Shown: piece after piece, positions 13,510 to 25,100 of the stretch
Numbering within the stretch: the first letter of the stretch is position 1
Layout: each line of letters begins with the position of its first letter
From: Nemertoderma westbladi
Taxonomy: Eukaryota > Animalia > Xenacoelomorpha
Length of the DNA: 64,000 nucleotides
NCBI GenBank assembly: GCA_032718475.1
Contig: JAUCBJ010001165.1
Span: forward strand, 13,460 to 77,459
Direction of reading: 5' to 3'
Translations under genes and position numbers: made by a program
The notes under the pieces: generated by a model
The model's input: only the letters and a program-made list of their open reading frames with translations
The model's database searches: none
Told to the model about the DNA's origin: nothing

Positions 13510-14660
13510 ATAAATATTACGCTACGCGTACAAACTACTCAAACAAAATGCAGACCAAATGCTGACAGACTACTATCAAGCCTAAACAAACTACGGTATA
13601 TGCAGACTCCGAAATGGTTAGTTAGTATGCGTTCTAACTGAGTAGTACGACTTATTCTTTCGAGGGGGTTTACCTCACAGCACTGGAAGCCCCTACGTTC
13701 CTAACTGGCACTTTATCGGACATACACTCTATACACAACGTAATCTCCTTCGACCTAACAACAGTCAGACAACAATCCAGCCTACAAATTATCTAAATAA
13801 GAAATATTACGCTACCTGTGCAGACTATACAAACAAAGTACAGACCAAACGCTGGCAGACTACTATCAAGCCTAAATAAACTACAGTATATGCAGACTCC
13901 AAAATGGTTAGTTAGTATGCGTTCTAACCGAGTAGTACAACTTATTCTTTTGAGGGGGTTTACCTCACAGCACTGGAAGCCCCTACGTTCCTAACTGGCA
14001 CTTTATCGGACATACACTCTATACACAACGTAATCTCCTTCGACCTAACAACAGTCAGACAACAATCCAGCCTACAAATTATCTAAATAAGAAATATTAC
14101 GCTACCTGTACAGACTATACAAACAAAGTACAGACCAAACGCTGGCAGACTACTATCAAGCCTAAATAAACTACAGTATATGCAGACTCCAAAATGGTTA
14201 GTTAGTATGCGTTCTAACCGAGTAGTACAACTTATTCTTTTGAGGGGGTTTACCTCACAGCACTGGAAGCCCCTACGTTCCTAACTGGCACTTTATCGGA
14301 CATACACTCTATACACAACGTAATCTCCTTCGACCTAACAACAGTCAGACAACAATCCAGCCTACAAATTATCTAAATAAGAAATATTACGCTACCTTTA
14401 CAGACTATACAAACAAAGTACAGACCAAACGCTGGCAGACTACTATCAAGCCTAAATAAACTACAGTATATGCAGACTCCAAAATGGTTAGTTAGTATGC
14501 GTTCTAACCGAGTAGTACAACTTATTCTTTTGAGGGGGTTTACCTCACAGCACTGGAAGCCCCTACTTTCCTAACTAGTACTTTTTTGGACATACGCTCT
14601 ACACACACTACAATCTCTTCAGACTTAACAACAGTCAGACAACAGTCCAGCCTACAAATT
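13510..14660. repeat. Four tandem 290-bp units in the 5' UTR of element A
   Basis: TACTATCAAG at 13571, 13861, 14151 and 14441; the inner copies are nearly identical. Confidence 0.95.
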
Positions 14661-14934
14661 TTCTGTACAATCTGAGCAGGCTTACATGCCTTCTGCACAA
14701 TATTGGCCTACAAATAAATAAAACCTGACAGAAATTAGTAAAATCTCAATGAAAAACCAGGGCTGCAGTCCCTGACTTAATATCAAGACCTACCGGTATA
14801 TAATTATCAAAATCGAATAATACTGCTGTACCTCTACTGCTGTAAGTACCGGTCCGGATGGTTAGGTAGTCAGGCCTACTGGGTACCGGTTGCCGGTACT
14901 TCAGCTTTATTGCATACACTGCAATCTAGAAAAT

Positions 14935-14945
14935 AAAACTGTTAT
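14935..14945 (-). promoter_or_regulatory. Non-tRNA primer-binding site of A (sense ATAACAGTTTT)
   Basis: Abuts the 5' LTR end; perfect inverted complement at 15710-15720 inside the LTR. Confidence 0.75.
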
Positions 14946-15780
14946 TGTTCTCGCTTTTAAGACCTTTGGCAGTTTAACCCGCCAAATCTATATGTCTTCT
15001 AGGTTATAAATCGACTTTAGCCTATGACAAGTATTTGATACAAATAAATCCAACATTAGCCGAAGCCAGTCTATGCGCGACCATTCACCCGCTGGATATA
15101 CCTGGGAGACTGGATTCGGATGCTTTAATTTGATTGCGGTGCAGGCCTACCGTACTATTCGATTGATCGTTAATATATAATCTCTGACAAATATTATTCA
15201 CTTTCGGGAAATATTAGCAGTTCCTTTAGGACGTGGCGCTCTATCCATATAAACAGAGCTATGACTTACACTATACACAACGGGATGGCTTATAGATCAC
15301 AAAAGGTGCATTCTTTAGGAAATGCTTTGTTACTCGGTCAAGCACATTCAGACTATTGCACACCACTGCACACTGAATTGCCGATATTCACTGATTTTAA
15401 TCATGTAGAAAGAGAATAGCAACCGACATTTGTAGGGCGTATTAAGTAGCATTGAATTCACTACAAACCACGATAATGTATGTCGCAATTGCTATATGTA
15501 ACCGGTCTCTCTAACCTTAGTGTATCAAGAAGATTGGGGTTTCTGATCGTTTATCAATATTCTCCAAATAACAATATGCAAACGAATGATACAATTAATA
15601 ACAAACGGTAAATAGCAGTAAATAATGCGGTGAAAAGCAGTTTGAGTTTACAGCACGTAGTATGCGGTACCGTGCCAGACCAGGTAGGTAGTGTGCCAAG
15701 TTAACCAAGATAACAGTTTTGTGATCTTATAATTAAAGACGTTCTAATATTGGAATAATTCAGAAACATTCCACAGCCGG
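14946..15780 (-). repeat. 5' LTR of element A, PBS-proximal part
   Basis: Matches 1190-1204 plus 2774-3593; interrupted by element B. Confidence 0.95.
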
Positions 15781-17103
15781 TGTAAAAGCTTCTGTGGGAT
15801 AGAACTGGCACTTAGCTCCGCAATCCAGTTATCTCCCCGTGCGCTCAAATACTCTAAAACCCTGCTGTGGAGTGTTTACGGATATAATCCGTTCCCTGGC
15901 TCACAAAGTACCGTATATGTAAAAGCTTTGTGGGATGACTGGCTCGTTTGCCTTGCTAAACAGTTCCCCCCCCCATCGCTGTGATACTCTCAAAGGGATC
16001 TGGCTTGAATGGCAAGCTGCCTGTTGGTTGGCTAGATTGCTCCTCCCTGGATGGAAGCTCTCAATAAGCCTGCCTGACATATCTGCCAATAAGATTGGAG
16101 CTAGTTCTGATTTTGTCCAATACCAAGCTACTGAACTGAAAATCCGCTCTGTATGCTCCTAGGTTTCGCTTTTGATTAAAGTTCTTAGTTTTTCATCATT
16201 CAGTCACGAGTTTTAGACTTCTAAGCGAGGAGTGTTATAAGATCGGTTCTGAGATGACGAAATGTTTTCTGCCTTTTGTACGAACATTGGTAGGCTAAAT
16301 TATAGAAAGCATAACTGTTATCTTACTTAAATTAACAACTTACCATATTTCTCGTTCAATCACTTAATAACTCGACTCAATGCAACAATTATATCTTAAC
16401 CTACCGTCATACTGCTTTTACTGTTTGTAATTTTGTATCAGTATAATTGGATGTTATTATTTGAAGAATATCAATAATCAACCCACATTTTCCCAATCTC
16501 CTTGATACACTACAGGTTAGAGAGAAGGGTTATGTACAACAATTGCGACTTTATTATTGTGTTTGTAGTGAATCTAATGTTGTTTGACAGACACTACCTG
16601 AGTCCAGTGCATATCTCTTTATACCTGATCAAAGTCAGTAAATGTCGGCATACCAGTGAGCAGTATTGTGCGTTACCGGTAGCGTGAGTGATTGTAACGT
16701 GATTGGATCTGATAACAAAGCATTCCTAAAGAATGCGCCTTATGCTTGAAATATAAGCCCTATCGTTGTGTTTAATATAAGTCATAACTCTGTTTACATA
16801 GGTAGAGCGCCACGTCCTAAAAGGAACTGCTAATATTTCCCGAAAGTGAATAATATTTGTCAGAGATTATATATTAGTGATAAATCGAATAATACAGTAG
16901 GCTTGCCCGCAAATAAATTTAAGCCCACGAATCCAGTCTCCCGGTGTTATATAACGGGTCATTTGGACGCGCATGGACTGGCTTCGGCTAATGTTCTGAC
17001 TTGTTTTTATATTAAATCTTGTCATCGTATAAAAGGCTATTTATCAATAAAGACATATAAATTTCGGCAGGTTAAACTGCGGAAGGTCTACAAAGCGCGT
17101 ACA
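15781..17103 (+). repeat. 5' LTR of element B
   Basis: Direct repeat of 33385-34708. Confidence 0.97.
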
Positions 17104-17114
17104 ATAACAGTTAT
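17104..17114 (+). promoter_or_regulatory. Non-tRNA primer-binding site of B (ATAACAGTTAT)
   Basis: Immediately after the LTR-terminal ACA; no TGG; exact reverse complement ATAACTGTTAT at 16311-16321. Confidence 0.75.
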
Positions 17115-19159
17115 AAATCTTAATTTGCGGCAAGCAATAAGGTTAGAAAGTACCGGTCGACCGGTAAAGTAGAACCGGTACTCCAGTAGGTCCGTAGGTC
17201 CAACTGCCAGAACCGGTACTCTTGTAGGTCAGTAGGCCCTACTGCCTGAACCGGTACTGCTGTACAAGTACCTTAGTATTATTTCGATTGTGATATTATA
17301 CATTGGTAGGCTGTTTAAGAAATTAGGGACTGTACGTACACCCCTTGTTTCTTTTGGAGCTTATTTATTTCTGTCAGTTCTTATTTACGTGTAAGTTAGT
17401 ATTGAGTAGAAGACGTGTAAGTCTGCTCAGATTGTTCAGATCATTGTAGGCTGGACTGTTGTCTGACTGTTGTTAGGCTTGAAGATTACAGCGTGTGTAG
17501 AGAGTCTGATAAAGGCCAGTTAGTAAGTTGAGGCAACTCATAGTTGTAAGGTCAACCCTCTTTAAAGAATAAGTCGCGCTACCGTATTAGCACGCATACT
17601 CACTAACAAGTTTCAGAATCTGCATATACTGTGGTTATTTAGGCTTGATAGTAGTCCGTCAGCGTTTATACTGTACTGTCTGTATAATCTGTTCAGGTAC
17701 CGTAATAGTATTATTTAGATATTTTGTAGGCTGGATTGTTGCCTAGCTGTTGTTGGTCTGAAGAATTGCCGCGTGTGTAGAGTGTGTCTGATAGGTGCCA
17801 GTTAGTAAGTTGGGGCAACTCGTAGTTGTAAGGTCAACCCCCTCTAAAGAATAAGCCGCGCTACCGTGTTAGCACGCATACTCACTAACGAGTTTCAGAA
17901 TCTGCACATCCTGTAGTTTATTTAGGCTTAATGGTAGTTTGTCAACATTTGGTTTGTATTTTATTTGAGTATTCTGTACGGATAGCGTAATATTTATTAC
18001 TCAGAGTTTATGCGATTACTCGCAACATTCATGTCCCCAAGTTTATTCCTACAGTAATTGTGTTTGTTATACATACCGTTATAGTTAAATTAACCCCAGT
18101 ACTACACGGGCTGCTTGGCGTAGGTAAAGACTGGTGACTTAGTGCCCCGGTCACTCCAGCAGATGCTGTGGTTCTTTTAACTGTTCAAGTATATTTAACT
18201 ACTGGTTATCTGTTTGACAAGTACTTGTACCTAATTTAGGGTTTAGTGTACAGTGCTTTCCGAGAGTAATTAGTGTAGGCATTATTGTGTTGTAAAGTAG
18301 TTAATAGGCACGCTCGTTCTGGTAGACGGCGGTAATTAACTTCTAGGTAGGAACACTCCGTAGATACATAACGTTGTACCTATAGCGATACGGCTGTAGG
18401 TCGTCAGGCGGTGGTATTTTCCTATCTAGACAACGCAGTATTTACTTCTGCTTATTATTCTCAAATACCGTAGTATCCTGTCCGTTGCAATAACCAGAAG
18501 ATCTAACCCTTTGTTGGACTGGTTATTAGTTCCCTGTAAAATTGCCCTAAAAATTTCAGTGCGTAACGTTTTGTCTGTTTATTAGAGATTGTAATCTCAC
18601 CAATAGTAAGTAACTAGTAGATAAGTAACGTAGGCCAGTAGAATTATTCTGTATAGTGTCTCATAGGTAGCACTTCACTGAAAGCGCACAGCTTCTGTGT
18701 AGTGGTATTTTACTGGAAATAGTAACACCTATTTCAATCTTGTAACAAATCCCTTATCAGGGTATATATATATTATAAATCAACTCCAAAGATTTATAAA
18801 TCAGTAGGCCTGTCATAAAACAAGTAAGTCTCAATATCAGTTGGACTACTGCTTACATAACGGTAACAGAGTAACTCAAGTAACTAAGTAACTTATAATT
18901 TCAGAAATTCAATTATCCTAAATAATTGATGTACCGGTATCTCTAATAGGCTTATTATACAATTGTATATATTTGCACTGAAATTATATACTGGTATTCT
19001 GTGAAAAACCTAGTCTGTTATACTTATATATACTATAAGTGTATACCGGTATTTTAATATTGCAATTAATTACCGGTACTAGGCCAACAGTCTTACTGAA
19101 TTACTGGACTTGCTTTAACTGTGACTATAGCAGTAGGCATTCAACTGTGCAACTGAGAT

Positions 19160-22100
19160 ATGTCTGACACACAACAGAATCTGTCGGACAGTCCACCAGA
19201 CATTACACAGAACCTGTCGGACAGTCCACCAGACACTACCATCTGTGACTCAGATAGGAGTGATAAGACTGATAGGACTCAGACAGAGCCCAGTTCACCT
19301 CCTACTGAAAGGAAAGTCACCCCTCTAGTAGTAGAATCAGATCCCAAGCCAACACACCATAGGTCTATTATAGGCACTCGGGCCCAGGTAAAACGGAACC
19401 GAGAAGAAGCTGGCCCATCACAGCAACCTCCTGGCCAAGAACCTAGTTCCCAGCAACCCGATAGCTCCAGTAATTCTGATACTGTAGAGCTGAACCCCGA
19501 ACGCGGAGTGGAGACAGTGGATCCATCTTACCTTGATCCCTTTCTCACTCTCCCGACCGCGAAGATGGCTGCGGTCTTGATTGCGGTGGAGGAACACCAA
19601 GGAGATTGGGCGAGAAATAAGAAATCGACCCAAGAGAGTTATTGGGGATACGCAAGGGAAGAATTGATGTCTGTCGTCGAGTCAAACTGGAATAATCCTG
19701 GAATAGGATTACCGCTCGATTTGTCAGAAGCGACTTGGGAAGATATACACAAGATGGGTGTGGCTAAAGATACTATGGATCCAGCTGTTTGGAAGAGGTC
19801 CGCAGCAGGATATGTGCAGGGATTCTTCAGCTCCTTACAGAGGCAGGAAGAACAGCTGTTTCGACAAACCCTAGGACCTCAAGAGCAGGAAGAGCTGCTT
19901 TATCAAGTACGTGCAAGTACATTACGCATTAGGCTGATCCTATCGGCCTTTGAGGAAACATCTAAAAGAAGGCAAGACACGTCGCTGCAAGTGGCGGTCA
20001 AGACTTGGTTCCAGCGGATAGAGCCCAAGGTTAAAGAAACAGCCCAGTGGAAATCCCGACTGGCTGAGCGACCAACCGATGAGGAATCAACTGGTGCCAT
20101 CCTTTCTCAAGTGGAAAGTGAAGAGGCGGCAGAGGGACCGCGAAAGAGAGACGCAATCGATACCTATTTGTCAGATTATCAGCGATTCATAGGAGACGAG
20201 GAGCTGAGAAGACGGCTGGCTGGATTTTCACCTAATAGTGAAGGAGCTAAGCGTGTGTTGGACTCAATTGATGCTGAGATGTTAGCTGCACATCAAGCTA
20301 AATTTGATGAAGAAAGACGCATCGCTAGAGCCCAGGAAGCACAAGTCCAGAAAAAACGAATAGAAGATCGAAAAGCAGCTGCAGTGGCAGCAGCAGAGGC
20401 AGAGGCAGAAAGAAAAGCAGCAGAGGCAGAAAGAAAAGCAGCAGAGGCAGAAAGAAAGGCAGCAGCAGCAGAGGCAGAGGCAGAAAGAAAGGCAGCAGCA
20501 GCAGAGGCAGAGGCAGAAAGAAAGACAGCAGCGGCAGAAGCAGAAAAGAGAGCGTCTGAAGAGATCGCCCAACTAGAGTTGGAAACTCTGCAAGAGACCC
20601 AAGACGACATTAGTAAGCGTTTTACAGAAGGTCGAATGCAGATAAAAGGTCGATCTAATTCCAAACGCCTAGGGTATACATCCTCGGAGGAAGGAGATAC
20701 CACCGACCCTGAAGGTGGAGGAAATAGATCTCGTCTCAGTAGGCGTAAAAGAATGTCTCCCCGTCAGAGATTGCCTGATTTGCCTCCAGCTGTTAGAAGA
20801 CAAATATCTAGCACTGCAGTAGGTAGTACAGAACCCACAGACCGAACTATTACCATCACCAGACTCCCTACTATAGTAGATGAGCCGGAAATAATTAAGC
20901 CTGTTCTAGAAAACACCCCTTCGGTGAGAGAGACCCCTGTACTCCCCAAACCTACTACAAAATTCCCTTTACACAGTACTATTAAATTGACTGCACCTGG
21001 TGGAGCAGCCCAAGTCCCAGTTCTGGAGACCGAGAGAGACATACAAGATTTGTCTCCCGTCGTCCCGATGCGGCCCGCTACAACGTTGGCGACTCCCGCT
21101 TCGGCGGTCGAGTGGGTTGAGAAGGGACGGCGGGAGATGAGTCTCTTGCTCGGTCAAATGAGAGAACAGCGGGACTGTTCCTCCCAACAGATCCGGGACT
21201 TAGAAGGGACTGTCTACCAACTCAAGGGAACAGTAAGGGATAGTAGGATAGAGCTGCAAGAAGTGCAGCAAAATATCGCGCTCGAGCGCGACAAATTAGT
21301 CAATATACAAAGGGGAATACCAACACCCCCTGTAACCCTGTGTCAACCTGCTAGGTCTGAAGTGTATCATGCGCGAGGTGTGTCGCCTACACGCATATAT
21401 ACTGCTAGCAAAGTAGAAACACCCCCCGTAACCCTGAGTCAGCCTGTTAGGTCTGAAGTATATCATGCGCAAGGTGTGTCGCCTATACGCATATATACTG
21501 CTAGCGAAGTAGAAACTCCTATAGTAAACCCTATTAAGGGAGATTACAAACCTGTGAGTGATGATATTCCCTATAGACCTGATAATAATCCGAAAAATTT
21601 ATATACCGATAATTCGATATTAAATAACACGATGGCCCAAGAAAGCTTTACGCGTCAGATGGCTAGAACAGAAGCCCGCCAAGCGGTCAAAGTGGGAGAA
21701 ATTGTCAAATTCAACGGAGATGAGATGAAATGGTTACCTTTTAAAGAATATTATGAAGATAGCATACAGAACTCTGTACTATCTAGCGGAGAGAAACTGA
21801 GATTCCTCATCAAATGTTTGGAAGGACCTCCCAAGTTAATGGCGTTGAAGTTTATTGGACATCCAAATGGATTAAGACAAGTCTGGGATACATTAAACAC
21901 CAGGTATGGTAATAAAGATAATATCGCTAAGTATTTGTATGCAAAACTGGTAGCTCCCCGAAAGTTCCTTAGTAACGAGATTATAGAGTTTTCCGATGAG
22001 ATTCAAGAAATCTGCAGGCAATTGGATTGGTTAGGTAAGTCCCATGAATATCAGAGCTCCATGGTTATCGGAGCCATAGTCTCTACTTTGCCAAAGGGTG

Positions 22101-25100
22101 GAGTATGTACACGTTGGGACAAGAAGGTGTTGCATATGATGGAACAACAACGAAGGAGTCCTATCATGGCGGATCTCATGTCATTCCTAGACTGCGAGGT
22201 CAAACTACAGCTAATCAAGCAATCCCGAGAAAAAACATCGGAAACCAAGGTAAGTGAGAAACCCGTTTCTAGGAGGAGAGTAACCCCAGTATGTTATACT
22301 GACGAAGGCGAGAGCCAAGTTTCTCAAGAAGAAGACAGCGGAAAGGACACAGACCACTCTTATTATTTTAACAAAAACTCGAGTGACGTAAGTAAATACC
22401 AACCTCGAACCAATGATAGGAGAGATAAGTTTACCAAGACCCCTCCTCAGTCTCCCAAAAGAATTCAGGTAAGAAAGCCCGAAGAAAGAACCAAAGTGCA
22501 TAACATTACCCAAGGTAAAGTGAGCAACATCAAGTTAAACTGTGCACTGTGCGACGGGCTCCACCGCTTGGGTGCGTGTGCTGAATTCCTAAAGAAACCC
22601 CTAGCAGACAGGAGAGAAGTCGTGTGGAATAAGCGGTTATGTTATAATTGCCTCAGACCAGGACACCAACGGCAGACCTGTTACTCCGATATAAGGTGTG
22701 CAAAGTGCGGTGCGAAACATCACAGCTTGCTACATAGTGAACTCGACCGAAACCACCCGAGTCAGGTAAGTGAGCCCGAACTGCACGTCCAATTCAGTGA
22801 TGTGAACGACACCGACCAAGGTTCTGAGTGGGAGGGATTCTACACAGACGAATTCTCTGATGCCAACGAATCCTGTTATCTAATAAACACCGCAGTGTAT
22901 CGAGCACTTACGTACGAAAAGGACAACGATACGGAGTTTCCATCAACCCCCTTGGATAAGCAACCATCTTGGAAAGTTCCAACATCCAACATAGGAATAC
23001 GAGAATTTCCGGTAGTCCAGGTAAGAGTTCACGGTCCCAACAAAAGTTACATAGTGAACGCCCTCCTTGACTCAGGTAGCACCGGAACATTCATCGACAA
23101 GGAATTGGCCGAGGATATTTTTGCTGGACAACCCAAATTCCGAACTAAGTTAAATATGTCCGGAATTATGCAGGTTTGGAAATCTACCTTAACGGCAGAT
23201 TACTATATCGGCTCATTGTCCACTCCACAGGATAGATTAGGGGAACAAAGTATAAGGTCAGTAAAAATGGTGGCAATAAAGAACTTCGCTACTACTCAAG
23301 TAGAACCTTATGACTGGGACGAGGACGAGAACATCCAACATCTAGGAATACCTCGATTCCAAACTGATTATCCTGGAGTACAAATCCTCATAGGCCAAAA
23401 CGCGCACGAGGCGCTCGAGACGTTAGAGAAACGGCCTGCTCAACCGCAGCCATTACAACCTTATGCGGTGAGAACTCGAGTAGGTTGGTACTTCACTGGC
23501 CCTTCCCGTAGAACCCTTGAAGAAAGACTGCCACAAGACCGGACACTTCAAGTGAATGATTGGGAAGAGGAGAGCAGTGAGGTTGACGAACTCACTGAGG
23601 GAATACAATACTCCTCAGACAACGACAACACCTACCAACTCTTCGAGGAAGAGCACACGATCGATTTATTAACCGAGAATAACACATGGAGTGACCAGCA
23701 AACTTTGTGTCAACTAATTTATCCATCAGGATCTATGGACTACAATGACGAACTCAATGAAGAGATAGAGCGTCACAACGCTAGAACCCGAGACGAACTT
23801 GCCGTACGATTCTTTACCCAAGAGCTAGTAGAACCAAATTCGTACGATAAGGCTCTATCAATAGAAGAGGAAAGAGCCAAGCAAATTCAGGAAACAACTA
23901 CGCGTTTTCTAAAAGATCAGGGTAGGTATGAAATCGGCCTACCATTTCGAAAACGAGAACCTAGATTTATAAACAACAGACCCTTGGCCGAGAAAAGACT
24001 CTCTCAATTGCATCGACGCCTTACGGCAAACGCTTCAGCTAAAGAAATGTACCAAACGCAGCTGAAGAAATTTATTAGCAAGGGTTATGCGGAGCGAGTA
24101 CCGGAAGAAACACCCATAACAGAGAGAACATACTACCTAACACATCATTATGTTCCCAAACCCGGTAAACCACATGAAGTACGCGTGGTATTTGATGGCT
24201 CCGCCCTATATAAGGGTCAATCTCTGAATTCCGAGTTGCTACCAGGACCCAACTTACTACAATCACTGTTGGGAATACTTCTGAGATTAAGACAATATTC
24301 TATAGCGTTCGCCTCCGATATCGAAGGAATGTTCTTACAGGTTAAGGCGTTAGATAAAGATAGAGACAGTTTAAGGTTTCTATGGTGGCCTGAAGGAGAC
24401 CTCCAACGGACACCAGAGGAGTACTGGATGACCATCCAAGCTTTTGGGATCATATCCAGTCCTTCCAACGCCTGCTCCGTAGTACGAACTACTGCGGATG
24501 ACAACCGAGACGCCTTCTCCAAAGAGGTGATTGACAACATCAAGAAGAACATCTACATGGACGACAATTTAAAGTCCCTTCCATCGGTAGAACAAGCCAT
24601 TGAGGTCGCGAAAGGAACGGTAGAGTGTTTGAAAAGAGGTGGATTTCGACTGACGAAATTCACTAGCAACTCCCGCGAGTTTCTAGAAGCGATACCGATA
24701 GAAGACCGAGGAGCGAAAGACCTCGATCTGATAAAAGACGATCTTCCAGAGACCAAGACGCTTGGCTTAAAATGGGACACAGAAAGAGATATCCTGTTTT
24801 TTCAACTAAAACAGCGCGAGAATCCAGTTCGGACCAAACGGATTTGTCTAAGTATCCTGAGCACTTATTTCGACCCATTAGGATTTATTAGTCCAGTCAT
24901 ATTGATTGCTCGGAGTTTAGTACAGCAAATGTGGCTGGAAAACCACTCATGGGACGATCCACTTACGGGAGAGCTACTAAAGAAATGGATGAAATGGGAG
25001 GATTCTCTACCTGCCATCGAGAGTTTTATAATTTCCCGTTCATATTTTGGTCATGTTCTCCCTACGTATTCCTATCAACTCCATGTGTTTGGAGACGCGA

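Noticed and set aside
17040-17055. AATAAA as the LTR polyadenylation signal
   Set aside because: Not conserved at the equivalent position in A or C, so it was not annotated.
15901-17172. Short ORFs in the LTRs (also 33322-34744, 3676-3867, 44088-44297, 61217-61570)
   Set aside because: Short, often with non-ATG starts, not conserved in frame among A, B and C; duplicates only reflect LTR identity.
20282-20703. Cys-rich and Ala/Ser-rich antisense ORFs (also 10784-11022, 56834-57061)
   Set aside because: Shadow frames of the AEAERKA coding repeat.
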